A DNA stretch of 64,000 nucleotides. Source: Deltaproteobacteria bacterium (GTDB lineage Bacteria; Desulfobacterota; Binatia; HRBIN30; CADEER01). The stretch spans positions 4,814-68,813 of the forward strand of contig JANRJF010000458.1 in the NCBI GenBank assembly GCA_033764095.1. The letters run 5' to 3'. Positions 1 to 10,255 of the stretch are shown one piece after another; position 1 is the stretch's first letter; every line of letters starts with the position of its first letter. The position numbers were made by a program, and so were the translations under genes. The notes below the pieces were generated by a model. The model was not told the DNA's origin and searched no databases. It worked only from the letters and a program-made list of their open reading frames with translations.

Positions 1-106
1 TTCCACGCCGTGCTCGATCGGTTCCTCCGCCGCGACTGATCGCCCCGCGGCCCGCACCGTCGCGGCGTGCGCGCCGCGCGCGCAGCGGTGGGCGGGTCAG
101 CTCTGC

Positions 107-1309
107 TCACGGCGCCGCATAGGTACGAAAGGCGAGATCCTCGCCGTTGAGGCGTCGGCCGGCGGCGATGCCGCCGCCGTTGGGCAGCGCCAGCGGACAC
201 TCGGGTCTGCCTTCGGTGCGGTTCCAGCTGACGTTCCCCCCGTCCGTCACCACGTCGATGGCATAGATCTGTCCGGGCGTGACGGTGACCGGAGCGGCGA
301 AGCGGAAATGGTACCAGTCTCTGCCGGCGCGGTCGCGCGTGGTGACCGACTGCTCCGCCAGCAGCGCGCCGGTAAGTGCGCCGGCGCGCAGCCGCAGCGT
401 GACCTGCTGCGGGCTGTCGTCCCACTGCAGGCCGAACAGCAGGTCGACCGCGGCTAGAGCGGGCACCGACGGCACGAACAGCTGACCGATCGGAGCGACG
501 ACGAGATTGATCGAGCCGGAGTCGTTGCAGGTCCCGGACTGACTGTCGATGGCGCCGACGCCCTCGAAGCGGCACTGCGCGTCGCAGCCATCGCCGGCGG
601 TCGAGTTGCCGTCGTCGCAGGTTTCGCCGCCGGTGGTCTCGCCGTCGCCGCAGAGGTCGGCCTTGAGCTGGACGCGGTCGGCGGCGCCCTCGCAGGGCGC
701 CGTCACCTCGAACAGGTAGCGCGTGCCGGCGGCGACCGGCAGCGAGATTGCGCCGGCCGGCTCCTCGTTGACGCGGCAGGCCAGCTCGCTGGTCGCACCG
801 CACACGCCGCCGAGGATTGCCAGCGCGTACCCCGCCTGCGGCGCGATCAGGCGCGCGTGCAGGACGCCGTCGGTTGGCGCGTCGTACGTGGCCCACACGG
901 TGTGCGGGCTCGCCGCGCAAGCGCACGACAGCGTCGGATCGGTGGCGTCGCGGCTGGAGTTGGCGAGCTGCAGCGTGAGGCCGCCACCGACGGGCGACGA
1001 GAGCAGCGGCGGCGCCTTGGCGCACTTGTCGCGGTTGAAGTGCGGCCCGCAGCCCTCAGAGGCGTTGAGCACGGCCAATAACAACTCGTCGATCGTCACC
1101 TGCTGGTCCTGATTGGGATCGAACGACGGGCAGGTCGACAGCGACGTGCCGCCCAGCGCGATGCTGACGCCGATGATGAGATCGGTGATCGACACCGCGC
1201 CTGAATCGTAACAGGTGCCGACGCAGTCCTGGCCGCGGCTGGCGGTCGGCGCCAGCCAGAACGCGACGCTCGCGACGAGCGATACCCAACGAGGACTGCT
1301 ACGCATCAT
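107..1309 (-). CDS. Secreted repeat protein with a signal peptide, two dockerin-like Ca-binding motifs (FDPNQDQQVTIDELLLAV...GC) and a Myxococcus-type cysteine-rich repeat (CGDGETTGGETCDDGNSTAGDGCDAQC). Start is placed at the MM pair (1309) that follows a GGAGGT RBS, not at the track start 1357.
   Basis: Hydrophobic N-terminus MMRSSPRWVSLVASVAFWLAPTASRG. DxNxDxxVTIDEL dockerin-like motifs. Cys-rich CxDG repeat. GGAGGT sits 4-5 nt upstream of the ATGATG. Confidence 0.6.
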   Translation of the reverse strand: MMRSSPRWVSLVASVAFWLAPTASRGQDCVGTCYDSGAVSITDLIIGVSIALGGTSLSTCPSFDPNQDQQVTIDELLLAVLNASEGCGPHFNRDKCAKAPPLLSSPVGGGLTLQLANSSRDATDPTLSCACAASPHTVWATYDAPTDGVLHARLIAPQAGYALAILGGVCGATSELACRVNEEPAGAISLPVAAGTRYLFEVTAPCEGAADRVQLKADLCGDGETTGGETCDDGNSTAGDGCDAQCRFEGVGAIDSQSGTCNDSGSINLVVAPIGQLFVPSVPALAAVDLLFGLQWDDSPQQVTLRLRAGALTGALLAEQSVTTRDRAGRDWYHFRFAAPVTVTPGQIYAIDVVTDGGNVSWNRTEGRPECPLALPNGGGIAAGRRLNGEDLAFRTYAAP

Positions 1310-1578
1310 TGACCTCCGCGCGAGACAAGGGTTGCGCTCAGCAGCCGGCCCGCGCAACCGCGACGGCGGCGATCAGCTCGTCGATCGTCGCCCGACCCTC
1401 GCCGCTGGCGTCGAACCGGCGCCCCTCCGGTGCGCCAGAGCTCGTAGCCGTGCACCCCGTCGGTGGCCGAGAAGTAGACGGTGCCGTTCAAGGGCGAGCG
1501 CCGATCGCGTGCCTGATTGGGTAGCCGGCCGAGCTCGGACAGGTGATCCTTCAGCTCGGCGATCTTGATCTGCTTCAT
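1306..1578 (-). pseudogene. Small ORF fragment starting MKQIKIAELKDHLSEL and carrying an ELWxxDG-type repeat (GTVYFSATDGVHGYELWRTGG). A +/-1 frame change after WRTGGAP continues as FDASGEGRATIDELIAAVAVARAGC*, a dockerin-like motif that echoes the downstream gene. Possible frameshifted remnant or a tiny coupled gene.
   Basis: Motif read directly from the translation. The alternate-frame continuation was reconstructed by hand from 1330-1420. The stop TGA overlaps the ATGATG start of the 107..1309 gene. Confidence 0.3.
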
Positions 1579-1832
1579 GGCCAGATCCAGCCATGTGGCA
1601 CTCGCCAGCGTAAAGCGAGCTCGACGTGGTGCGCGCCGGCGCATCAACAAGCTCGCCTACGAGCTCGGCAAGGAATCGCGGCGCGACCCTCCACGTGCTT
1701 TCGGCCTCTTGCACGATGCAGACCGAGCGTTGCTTTCAATTGTTGCGGATCGGTAGGTTGGACGCAGTGCGGTCGAGCTGGGGTCGCCTGGTGTTCGGAT
1801 CGCTTCAACTGACAGTTGCCGGGAGGCCCTCG

Positions 1833-2483
1833 ATGCCACATGCGCGCTTCGCGATACTGGTCGCCGCCCTCTTGACCGTCTCCGCATGTGGCGACGGCAG
1901 TGACGATGCGACGGAGCCGGGAGAAGTCGTCATCCACGACAACCTGATGGCATTTCTGCAGGCGCCGCCGCCGTCATGGCAGATGAGTCCGCCGCCGCAA
2001 CCGACGCTCTCGTTTCAGTTCGACTATGACAACCAGTACGTCGTGTCCTCCGGCCAACCATGGCAGGGAGTCAGCGCCGAGGGCGGCACGCCGGGCTCAC
2101 CGCTGGAGGTGACCGCCAGGGCCGGGCGCCACAAGACCGACCCACCGGCGGAGTGGTTCAACGACCGCTCGGCGCTGTTGCTCGGCTACGCGCTGGAGGA
2201 CAGCCGGCCGGACGAGCTGTATTTCGCCTTCTCCGGCACCCTGGTGATCAATGGCACATCGTACGTCGTGTACCTCGGTCAGGGCGGCGATCTGTTGGGC
2301 GACGACTGGTGGCTGGGCGTGCCCGCTACACAACCAGCGTGGACGCGAACCAGCGAGGGATATCTGCTCACCCCCGATGGCCAGTACATCGTCTGCAAGA
2401 AGAACGGCGGCTACCTGGGTGCAAGCAGCAACGCGTTCCAGGTGATCGTCCCGTCGCTGGCAGAAAACTGTGTCGAAGCCTGA
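1833..2483 (+). CDS. Lipoprotein of unknown function (lipobox LTVSAC). Start is placed at the internal Met 1833, after GGGAGG.
   Basis: MPHARFAILVAALLTVSACGDGS signal plus lipobox. GGGAGG lies 7 nt upstream. Local GC is ~62%, lower than the neighbouring genes. Confidence 0.6.
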   Translation: MPHARFAILVAALLTVSACGDGSDDATEPGEVVIHDNLMAFLQAPPPSWQMSPPPQPTLSFQFDYDNQYVVSSGQPWQGVSAEGGTPGSPLEVTARAGRHKTDPPAEWFNDRSALLLGYALEDSRPDELYFAFSGTLVINGTSYVVYLGQGGDLLGDDWWLGVPATQPAWTRTSEGYLLTPDGQYIVCKKNGGYLGASSNAFQVIVPSLAENCVEA

Positions 2484-2751
2484 GCGGAGTTGATCCGCCG
2501 TCGGCGTGCGGATGGCGAGAACCAGCAGTCGGCGACACAGCGGCCATCGCGCGGCAGATCCTCGAAGGTGTTCAGCCCGTCGGAGCGGTGCGCAGCACCG
2601 CCGTCTGCCGTGCAGCGCCTACGCGACGCCGGACGGAATCACGCACGACAACGAGCAACAGCGAAAGACGTTCGTGGTGGTGAACCGCGGTGGGCGATGG
2701 CTGATCCTGCACCAGCAGTTCACGACCATCGTCGCAGGGTGACGCGTCTGG

Positions 2752-4149
2752 CTACGCGCGCTCACCCTGGGCACTGCCGCGGCGCAGGTGGCGCGCGAAC
2801 GCGGCCATCACCAGCCAGTGCAGCGGCGCCTGGGTGGCGACATAGAGCGGCCAGGGCAGGCGTGGCGCGAAGCCGTGCACGGAGCACAGGGCGGCGTCGC
2901 CGCCGAGGACGCGGCGGAACTCGAAGCGGCCGACCTCACCGGGCGCGGCGAGCATGCCGCCGGCGATGGCGAAGACGATGCGATCGGCAGCCGTGTGCGC
3001 CGGGTCGGGGACGAAGCGCAGCAGCTCGGGGCCCTGCGGCGAGGCGAAGCGAGCACTCCAGCCGCGCACGCAATCGCCCGGCGTGTGGATCAGCGGGGCG
3101 AAGCGCGCCCCCAGCCAGCGGCGGTAGTCGTCGGCCAGCTGCCGCATGTCCGGCGCCGCCGGCAGGCGCTGCACCGAGCGCACCATGGGGCGCGCCGCGT
3201 CGGTGGCGGTGGTGTAGACGCCCGCCGGCGCCGCGCCGGGGTCGGCCAGCGCCGCGCGCAGTGCCTGCGCGACGCCGGCGCCGGGGACCCCGGCGCGCGC
3301 CTGCAGGCGGCGATCGGCGGCGACCATGGCATGCGCCAGACTCTCGATCAGCGGCTCGACCAGGGCGCGCGGCGCGCCGGTCACCAGGCTGACCCAGAGG
3401 CGTGACAGGCGCGGCGTCAGCAGCGGCACCGGGATGGTCAGCGCCGAGCGGCCGAGCGCCGCGGCGGTGGCACGCATCAGGGCGCGATAGGTGAGCACCT
3501 CGGGTCCACCGATGTCGTAGGTCTGGCCGAACGCCTCGGCGCGTCCCAGCACCCAGTCGAGCAGCGCCACCGTGTCGTCGAGGCCGATCGGCTGCGTCGG
3601 CGTGGCGGTCCAGCGCGGACAGATCATCAGCGGCAGGCGCCGCACCATGCGGCGCAGGATCTCGGTCGACGATCCACCGCGGCCGAGGACGATGCCGGCG
3701 CGCAGCACGGTCAGCGGCGTGCCGTAGTCGGCCAGCGCGCGCTCGACCTCGGCGCGGCTGCGCAGGTGGCGCGACAACTCCGCCGGCGGCGTGTCGGCCG
3801 GCAGCAGACCGCCCAGGTAGACGATCTGCCGCACGCCGTGCACGGCGGCGGCGCGGGCGAAGTTGTCGGCCGCCTGCAGATCGAGATCCTCGAAGCGCCC
3901 CTGCACGAGGCGATCCGACGGGCTCATCGAGTGCACCAGGTAGACGGCGTGATCGGCGCCGGCGAGGGCTGCCAGCGCGTCGCGATAGGAGAACAGGTCG
4001 GCGCGCCGCCACTCGACGCCGCCGGCCGCCGGGCGCGCCGCGCGCGACAGGGCGATCACCGCGCCGCGCCGCGCCAGGGCCGCGATCAGCGGTCGGCCGA
4101 CGAAGCCGCTGGCGCCGGCAACGGCGATGGTGAGCTGGTCGGCAGACAT
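2752..4149 (-). CDS. NAD(P)-binding SDR/NmrA-like epimerase/dehydratase family protein with a C-terminal DUF2867-like region
   Basis: N-terminal Rossmann motif MSADQLTIAVAGASGFVGRPLIAAL. The start is internal to the 618-aa track ORF, whose first 153 aa look like GC shadow. Confidence 0.65.
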   Translation of the reverse strand: MSADQLTIAVAGASGFVGRPLIAALARRGAVIALSRAARPAAGGVEWRRADLFSYRDALAALAGADHAVYLVHSMSPSDRLVQGRFEDLDLQAADNFARAAAVHGVRQIVYLGGLLPADTPPAELSRHLRSRAEVERALADYGTPLTVLRAGIVLGRGGSSTEILRRMVRRLPLMICPRWTATPTQPIGLDDTVALLDWVLGRAEAFGQTYDIGGPEVLTYRALMRATAAALGRSALTIPVPLLTPRLSRLWVSLVTGAPRALVEPLIESLAHAMVAADRRLQARAGVPGAGVAQALRAALADPGAAPAGVYTTATDAARPMVRSVQRLPAAPDMRQLADDYRRWLGARFAPLIHTPGDCVRGWSARFASPQGPELLRFVPDPAHTAADRIVFAIAGGMLAAPGEVGRFEFRRVLGGDAALCSVHGFAPRLPWPLYVATQAPLHWLVMAAFARHLRRGSAQGERA

Positions 4150-4378
4150 CGCCCCAGCATCGCACGGTATGTCGGCCCGACAAGCCGCCAACCGGTGGAT
4201 GACGCGAATCGTCGCAGGGGGCGACGCAGGGCTCGCCGCGGCTGGCGGCCGGCGTCGGCCACGTGAAGCGCACTCGCCTTGCCGCGCGCGCCGCGCGTCG
4301 ACTACGAAGGCGGCGTGCACCGCCCGCCATGCGCGGCACCAATGTGTCACATGGGCGGACGCGCGGCGGAGGTGGACC

Positions 4379-5094
4379 ATGCGAGTCGGCATCATCGGTG
4401 AGACGTTCCTCGAGCGCATCATCGCGCGCACCAACCTGCTGCCGTCGCCGCTGCTGGAGACCCAGATCGCCTTCAGCATGGCGCGCACGATCATGGCCGG
4501 CGTGAAGCTGGGCGTCTTCGAGGCAGTCGGCGGCGGCGCCACGACGCCGGCGCAGGTCGCGGCGGCGTGCACGACCGATCCGACGGCGACGACCAAGCTG
4601 ATGGACACCCTGGTCGCCTGCCGCTACCTGCGCCATCGTCGCGGGCGCTACCGCCTGACAGCCAAAGCGCGCCGGTGGCTGCTGCGCGACTCGCCACATT
4701 CGGTCGCCGACAAGCTGCTGTTCCAGTACGACGAGTGGGACATCGTCGCGAAGTACGAGGAGTACATCACCAGCGGCGCGCCGCTCGACCTGCACAATAC
4801 GCTCACCGACGCGGCGGCATGGAATCGCTATCAACGCGGCATGCGAGCGACGGCCGCCATCTCCGCCGACGAGGTCGCCGCACGCCTGCCGGTGCCGCCG
4901 GGCGCGACGGCGATGCTCGACATCGGTGGGTCGCACTGTTCGCGACCACCGGTGTGGCGCACGGCGCCGCGACCTGCGCCGATCTGCTGGTGCGCATGCC
5001 GGAGCGCACCTACCTGTGCACGGCGACCACCGACGACGGCGATTCCCTCTCCGTGCCGCTGACAGCGGTGCGCGCCGTGCGCGGCGGACGGTGA
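4379..5094 (+). pseudogene. Truncated or frameshifted class I SAM-dependent O-methyltransferase. The dimerisation domain and motif I (MLDIGGSH) are present, then the frame is lost and the next gene begins, so the catalytic Rossmann half is missing.
   Basis: N-terminal O-MTase dimerisation-like sequence and DIGG motif I at ~4920. No frame contains the ~160 aa that should follow. The 5161..6366 gene occupies that space. Confidence 0.4.
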
Positions 5095-5160
5095 GCCTGC
5101 CCTGGAATCCTCGACATTGCGCCCGGGTGATCGGTGGCCGGCGCGGGGCCTCCGCGCGGC

Positions 5161-6366
5161 TCAGGCGGCGTCGGCGCGCTGCTCGGCGGCGGCGTCCAGC
5201 GTGAAGTAGAAGCTGGCGCCGCGGCCGGGCTCGCCGCGCGCCCAGGTGCGGCCGCCGTGGCGCTGGATGATGCGCTGCACGGTGTGGAGGCCGACGCCGG
5301 TTCCCTCGAACTCGCTGTCATCGTGCAGGCGCTCGAAGGGGGCGAAGAGCCGCGCGGCCTGCGCCATGTCGAAGCCGGCGCCGTTGTCGCGCAACAGGAA
5401 GGCGTGGCCGCCGTCGTCGGCGCGGCGCAGCTCGATGCGCGCCGCCGGCGTATGCCGGGTGTACTTCCAGGCGTTGCTCAGCAGGTTCTCGAGCGCGAGG
5501 CGCAGCAGGGCCGGGTCGGCGTCGGCGCGCAGGTCGTCGGCGATGGCGATCTCGACGCGGCGCCCGGGCTCGCGCTCGCGCAGGGCCGCGCACAGCTCGC
5601 GCGCCAGCTCGCTCAGGTCGACCGCCGTACGCTGCAGGCCGCCCTGCTTGCTGCGCGCCAGGGCGAGCAGGTCGCGGATCATCTCGTCCATGCGCGTGCC
5701 GGCATCGGTGATCATCTGCAGGTAGTCGCGGCCGAGCTCGCCGAGCGCCGCGCCACAGTCCTCCAGCAGCGCCGTGCTGGCCATGCTGATCTGGCTCACC
5801 GGCGTGCGCAGGTCGTGCGACACCGAGGCGGAGAAGGCCTCCAACTCGCGGTTGGCGAGCGCCAGCTCCGCGGTGCGCTCCTGCACCGTCGCCTCCAGGC
5901 CGCGCAGGATGGCGACGTTCTCCATCGCCACCGAGGTGCTGTCGGCCAGCGCCTGCAGCTTCCACAGTTCGTCGTCGGTCGGCGCGTGGCGCCGCGCCCA
6001 ATAGCAGCCGATGGCGCCGATCGGCGCCATCTGACGGATCGGCACCATCGCCAGGCTCTGCACGAAGGTCGGCCGATAGGCATCGGCGGGCACGCGCGGA
6101 TCGGCGTAGATGTCCTCGATCACGACCGCGGACGCATGGCGCATGACCCACCCGCTGACACACGCCTCGAGCGGGAAGCGGCGCCCCTTCCACAGCGGTG
6201 CGATGGCGTCCTCGTCGAGGTAGTGGCACTGCTCGCCGTCGCGCAGGACGAAGGTCGCGCCGTCGGCGCCGCCCAGGCGGCGTGCGGCGTGACGGACGAT
6301 CTCGGCGATGCGCTCGACGCTGCGGGCCAGGGACAGCTCCTGTACGGCGATCAGCAACTCTCGCAT
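5161..6366 (-). CDS. Cytoplasmic GAF-domain sensor histidine kinase (GAF + HisKA + HATPase_c)
   Basis: H-box SHDLRTP. The N/G1/G2 boxes are present (LLSNAWKYT, RDNGAGF, GTGVGLHTVQ). Internal start MRELLIAVQ at 6366. Confidence 0.8.
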   Translation of the reverse strand: MRELLIAVQELSLARSVERIAEIVRHAARRLGGADGATFVLRDGEQCHYLDEDAIAPLWKGRRFPLEACVSGWVMRHASAVVIEDIYADPRVPADAYRPTFVQSLAMVPIRQMAPIGAIGCYWARRHAPTDDELWKLQALADSTSVAMENVAILRGLEATVQERTAELALANRELEAFSASVSHDLRTPVSQISMASTALLEDCGAALGELGRDYLQMITDAGTRMDEMIRDLLALARSKQGGLQRTAVDLSELARELCAALREREPGRRVEIAIADDLRADADPALLRLALENLLSNAWKYTRHTPAARIELRRADDGGHAFLLRDNGAGFDMAQAARLFAPFERLHDDSEFEGTGVGLHTVQRIIQRHGGRTWARGEPGRGASFYFTLDAAAEQRADAA

Positions 6367-6778
6367 GTAGCCCTTTCCGATGCGCCGCCCAGACCGCGAC
6401 GGCTGTCGTGTCCGACCCAGCAAACGCCATACCCGCGACAGGCCGGGCGTATAGAATTGCACGCCGGCGACCGGGCCGGCGTCAGCAAACGGGCGTTTCG
6501 AGCCCTCATGGGCATCGGCGGATCGGCTTGCCCGAGCAGGGTTGTTGGTTGGCCGGCACGCGCGCGTTCTCGCTGCTCGGCGGATTGCGTCGAATCGCGC
6601 CGCAAGCCCCGGCGACTGCATGCGTGGCCATGAGGCGTGGCTGGCCGTGTAGCGGTAGCGCGGCGCGCCGTCGCCGTCCGCCACTTTGGGGTCGCAGAGG
6701 TGGTGTGCGCCCGTACAGGCGTGTACGCGCTCCTCACCCTGGCGCTGATGTGCTGGTTCTGAGCCCGGCGAGATCCTG

Positions 6779-7069
6779 ATGCGCGACCGCAGCGCCGCGC
6801 CGTCGCTCGGCGTCTGGGCCGCCGCCGTGGGGGCGGCGGGCTTCGCCAGCGGCTTTCTGGGACCGATCGCGCTCGTCCCGGGCGCCAATCAGGGCCCGCT
6901 GCTCGGCCTGCTCATCACCGGTCCCGGCGCGGTGGCGCTCGGCCTGGCGGCCGGGATCGTCGCGCGGCTGCTGCCGCTGAGCGACGCGCAACGCTGGCGC
7001 GCGCTCAGCGCAGTCTGCGGCGCGACGGCGGTGATCATTCTCATCGGCTGCCTGCTCGGCCCGTGGTGA
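6779..7069 (+). CDS. Small hydrophobic (2-3 TM helix) hypothetical protein
   Basis: The ORF has Gly/Ala/Leu-rich TM-like segments. The RBS is weak. It lies in a long intergenic stretch. Confidence 0.3.
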   Translation: MRDRSAAPSLGVWAAAVGAAGFASGFLGPIALVPGANQGPLLGLLITGPGAVALGLAAGIVARLLPLSDAQRWRALSAVCGATAVIILIGCLLGPW

Positions 7070-7141
7070 CGGGTGCGGGACTCCCATCCTGCTCCCCGCG
7101 CGGTGCGGGGGAAGGTTGGGATGGGGGCCCCCGCCGCCCGC

Positions 7142-7618
7142 TTATTTCTCCAGGAAGGGGAGCAGATCGGTGTGGTGGCCGATCATCTTCCACGCGCCCT
7201 GTTCCTTGCGGAATACGTTGGTGGCGCGAATGGAAACCTTGGCGGGCTTGCCGCCGGCGTTGGTGTTCTCGCCCTCCTCGTAGTTGCTGACGACGGCGAG
7301 ATCGCCCGCGACGACGGTGTGCATCCGCGTCGGGTGCACGGCGCCGCCCAGCTTGCGCGCCGCCTGCGCCTCCCAGACCGCCGACACCTGTTCCCAGCCG
7401 ACCTGGAAGCCGCCGCCGGGGCCCATGTAGGTCACGTCGGGTTGATGCGACCACACGTCCTTCATCGGCGCCGCGTCGCCGGTGAACATCACGTTCAGGG
7501 CCGCGTAGAACCGTCCGGCGGCGTCGCCGACCGCCTTCTCCTCCGAGTCGGCGCGCGCCAGGTTCGCCGCGAGCAGCGCGACCAGGGCGCAGACGCCGAT
7601 CGACCAGTGCTTGCTCAT
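7142..7618 (-). CDS. Secreted SnoaL-like/NTF2-fold (DUF4440-like) protein
   Basis: Signal peptide MSKHWSIGVCALVALLAANLARA. NTF2-like length and composition. Confidence 0.6.
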   Translation of the reverse strand: MSKHWSIGVCALVALLAANLARADSEEKAVGDAAGRFYAALNVMFTGDAAPMKDVWSHQPDVTYMGPGGGFQVGWEQVSAVWEAQAARKLGGAVHPTRMHTVVAGDLAVVSNYEEGENTNAGGKPAKVSIRATNVFRKEQGAWKMIGHHTDLLPFLEK

Positions 7619-7975
7619 TCGCTACCTCCGAGTCGGTGGGCGGCCGGCCGCCGCCAGTCCTGACCGCGGCAGCAGGGCAAGTCCCGCGCCACCTGTCGAG
7701 CCGGCGATACCCCGGCGGATCCCCCTCGAAGGAGGCGACGGCGCCGTGGCGGATAGGCGCTGTCCGCCCGATTACACGATTCCCCGGGATCGGGAGTCCG
7801 GCCGCGTCGCCTCCCAAGTCCCGGAATCAACCGTCGGCGGTTCCCAGCCGTGCGAAAGCCCACGCCGGCCGGCTGCAGACTGGCATCCCCCGCGGCCGGG
7901 CACGCGGCCTGCTGAAGCGTGCCGGGTGTCGTCCCCGGCGCAGGCGCCGGCGCGCGAGGAGCGGAAGGAGAACCT

Positions 7976-9427
7976 ATGAGCAGCACGCCAGCGATGCCGG
8001 TGCCGTACGATTACCGGGTGGTGCGCCAGTTCTCGATCATGGCCCTGGTCTGGGGCGTGGTCGGCATGCTGGTCGGCGTCGTGCTTGCCGCCCAGCTCAC
8101 CTGGCCGGATCTCAACCCCGGCATCGCCTGGCTGACCTACTCGCGGCTGCGGCCGCTGCACACCAACGCGGTGATCTTCGCGTTCGGCGGCTCGGCGTTG
8201 TTCGCGACCGCGTACTACGTCGTCCAGCGCACCTGCGCGACGGCGCTGTTCCTGCCGCGCCTCGCCGGCTTCACCTTCTGGGGCTGGCAGGCGGTGATCG
8301 TCGCCGCGGCGATCACCCTGCCGCTCGGCTACACCACCGCCAAGGAGTACGCCGAGCTCGAGTGGCCGATCGACATCCTGATCGCCGTCGTCTGGGTGGC
8401 CTTCGCGGTGGTCTTCTTCGGCACCATCGCCAAGCGGCGGGTGCAGCACATCTACGTCGCCAACTGGTTCTACGGCGCCTTCATCATCACCATCGCGCTG
8501 CTGCACATCGTCAACAGCCTCGAGATCCCGGTCGCGCCGCTCAAGTCGTACTCGGTCTTCGCCGGCGCCACCGACGCCATGGTGCAGTGGTGGTACGGCC
8601 ACAACGCGGTCGGCTTCTTCCTCACCGCCGGCTTCCTCGGGATGATGTACTACTTCATCCCCAAGCAGGCGGAGCGGCCGATCTACTCGTACCGCCTGTC
8701 GGTGGTGCACTTCTGGGCGCTGATCGGCATCTACATGTGGGCCGGCCCGCATCATCTGCACTACAGCGCGCTGCCCGACTGGGCGCAGACGCTCGGCATG
8801 GTCTTCTCCGTGATCCTCTGGGCGCCGTCGTGGGGTGGGATGATCAACGGCATCATGACGCTCTCCGGCGCCTGGGAGAAGCTGCGCACCGACCCGATCC
8901 TGCGCTTCATGATCGTGGCGCTGTCCTTCTACGGCATGTCGACCTTCGAGGGGCCGATGATGTCGATCAAGACCGTCAACGCGCTCAGCCACGACACCGA
9001 CTGGACCATTGGCCACGTCCACTCCGGCAGTCTCGGCTGGGTGGCGCTGATCACCATGGGCTGCCTCTACACGCTGGTGCCGCGGCTGTACGGCCGCAAG
9101 CAGATGTACAGCGTGCCGCTGATCAACACCCACTTCTGGCTCTCGACCATCGGCATCGTTCTCTACATCTCGTCGATGTGGATCGCCGGCCTGATGCAGG
9201 GCCTGATGTGGCGCGCGGTCAACGACGACGGCACGCTCACCTACACCTTCATCGAGTCGATCAAGGCCACCTACCCCTACTACGTCGGCCGCCTCGCCGG
9301 CGGCACGATCTTCCTGATCGGCATGCTGGTGATGGTCTACAACATGGCTCGCACCATTCGCGCCGGCCGCGCCGTCGTCGAGACGGCCGCGCTGCCGAGC
9401 ACGACGCCGGTGGTGCACGCCGCCTGA
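7976..9427 (+). CDS. ccoN: cbb3-type cytochrome c oxidase subunit I (CcoN)
   Basis: Heme-copper oxidase TM helices with conserved His ligands. GGAAGGAG RBS. Followed by ccoO, ccoQ and ccoP. Confidence 0.93.
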   Translation: MSSTPAMPVPYDYRVVRQFSIMALVWGVVGMLVGVVLAAQLTWPDLNPGIAWLTYSRLRPLHTNAVIFAFGGSALFATAYYVVQRTCATALFLPRLAGFTFWGWQAVIVAAAITLPLGYTTAKEYAELEWPIDILIAVVWVAFAVVFFGTIAKRRVQHIYVANWFYGAFIITIALLHIVNSLEIPVAPLKSYSVFAGATDAMVQWWYGHNAVGFFLTAGFLGMMYYFIPKQAERPIYSYRLSVVHFWALIGIYMWAGPHHLHYSALPDWAQTLGMVFSVILWAPSWGGMINGIMTLSGAWEKLRTDPILRFMIVALSFYGMSTFEGPMMSIKTVNALSHDTDWTIGHVHSGSLGWVALITMGCLYTLVPRLYGRKQMYSVPLINTHFWLSTIGIVLYISSMWIAGLMQGLMWRAVNDDGTLTYTFIESIKATYPYYVGRLAGGTIFLIGMLVMVYNMARTIRAGRAVVETAALPSTTPVVHAA

Positions 9428-9449
9428 GGCGGCGCGCGGGAGACGCAGC

Positions 9450-10067
9450 ATGGCCGCCACCGAACAACCCCTGGTCGAACGCAACATCGGGATCATGGGG
9501 ATCCTGATCTTCATCGTCGTCAGCTTCGCGGGACTCGCCGAGATCGTGCCGCTGCTGGCGGGCACCCAGGTGAACCAGCCGATCGAGGGCGTGCAGCCGC
9601 TCGAGCCGTTGGCCCTGGAGGGGCGCGACGTCTACATCCGCGACGGCTGCCACGTCTGCCACACGCAGATGATCCGGCCGCTGCGCGCCGAGGTCGAGCG
9701 CTACGGCCACTACTCGGTGGCCGGCGAATCGGTCTACGACCATCCCTTCCTGTTCGGCTCCAAGCGCACCGGACCCGACCTGGCGCGGGTCGGCGGCCGC
9801 TACTCGGACGAGTGGCACCGCATCCACCTGTTGAATCCGCGCGACCTGGTGCCGGAGTCGAACATGCCGCGCTTTCCGTGGCTGGCGACCAACACGCTCG
9901 ACAGCGACCTCACCGCCGACAAGATGCGCGCCCTGCGCACGGTCGGCGTCCCCTACACCGACGACCAGATCGCCGGCGCCAAGGCGGCGGTCGATGGCCG
10001 CACCGAGATGGACGCGCTCATCGCCTACCTGCAGCAGCTCGGCCTGGCCCTGAAAGGACGGCAGTAG
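9450..10067 (+). CDS. ccoO: cbb3-type cytochrome c oxidase subunit II, monoheme (CcoO)
   Basis: Single CHVCH heme motif and an N-terminal TM helix. Position after ccoN. Confidence 0.92.
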   Translation: MAATEQPLVERNIGIMGILIFIVVSFAGLAEIVPLLAGTQVNQPIEGVQPLEPLALEGRDVYIRDGCHVCHTQMIRPLRAEVERYGHYSVAGESVYDHPFLFGSKRTGPDLARVGGRYSDEWHRIHLLNPRDLVPESNMPRFPWLATNTLDSDLTADKMRALRTVGVPYTDDQIAGAKAAVDGRTEMDALIAYLQQLGLALKGRQ

Positions 10068-10069
10068 CC

Positions 10070-10255
10070 ATGGGCAGCGGTCTCTTCATCGCCATCGCCG
10101 ACGCGATCCTGTTCGTCGCCTTCGTCGTCTTCTGCGTGTGGGCCTTCAGCCCGGCGCAGAAGCGCCGTTGGCAGGAGTCCGCCGAGCTGCCCTTCCTCGA
10201 CGACGACGGAGGCCCGAGCGCACCGGCGGCGCAGGGAGGAGCCCGCCATGAGTGA
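10070..10255 (+). CDS. ccoQ: cbb3 oxidase subunit IV (CcoQ), 61 aa, single TM helix
   Basis: Small TM ORF between ccoO and ccoP. Its start is 3 nt after the ccoO stop. It overlaps the ccoP start. Confidence 0.75.
   Translation: MGSGLFIAIADAILFVAFVVFCVWAFSPAQKRRWQESAELPFLDDDGGPSAPAAQGGARHE

Noticed and set aside
1-39. Possible 3' end of a plus-strand gene running in from the left edge (…FHAVLDRFLRRD*)
   Set aside because: Only 13 codons are visible, too short to call.
2936-4936. 666-aa minus-strand ORF and other very long ORFs (for example 12995..15451 -, 15994..18147 -, 41517..45158 +, 48718..51825 -, 49308..53981 + 5' part, 22687..25020 - 5' part)
   Set aside because: Arg/Ala/Gly/Pro-rich, motif-free translations that overlap strongly supported genes on the other strand or frame. 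These are typical GC-rich shadow ORFs. Only the portions with real protein signatures were kept (for example the RIC gene inside 22687..25020, the DUF3999 gene inside 49308..53981).
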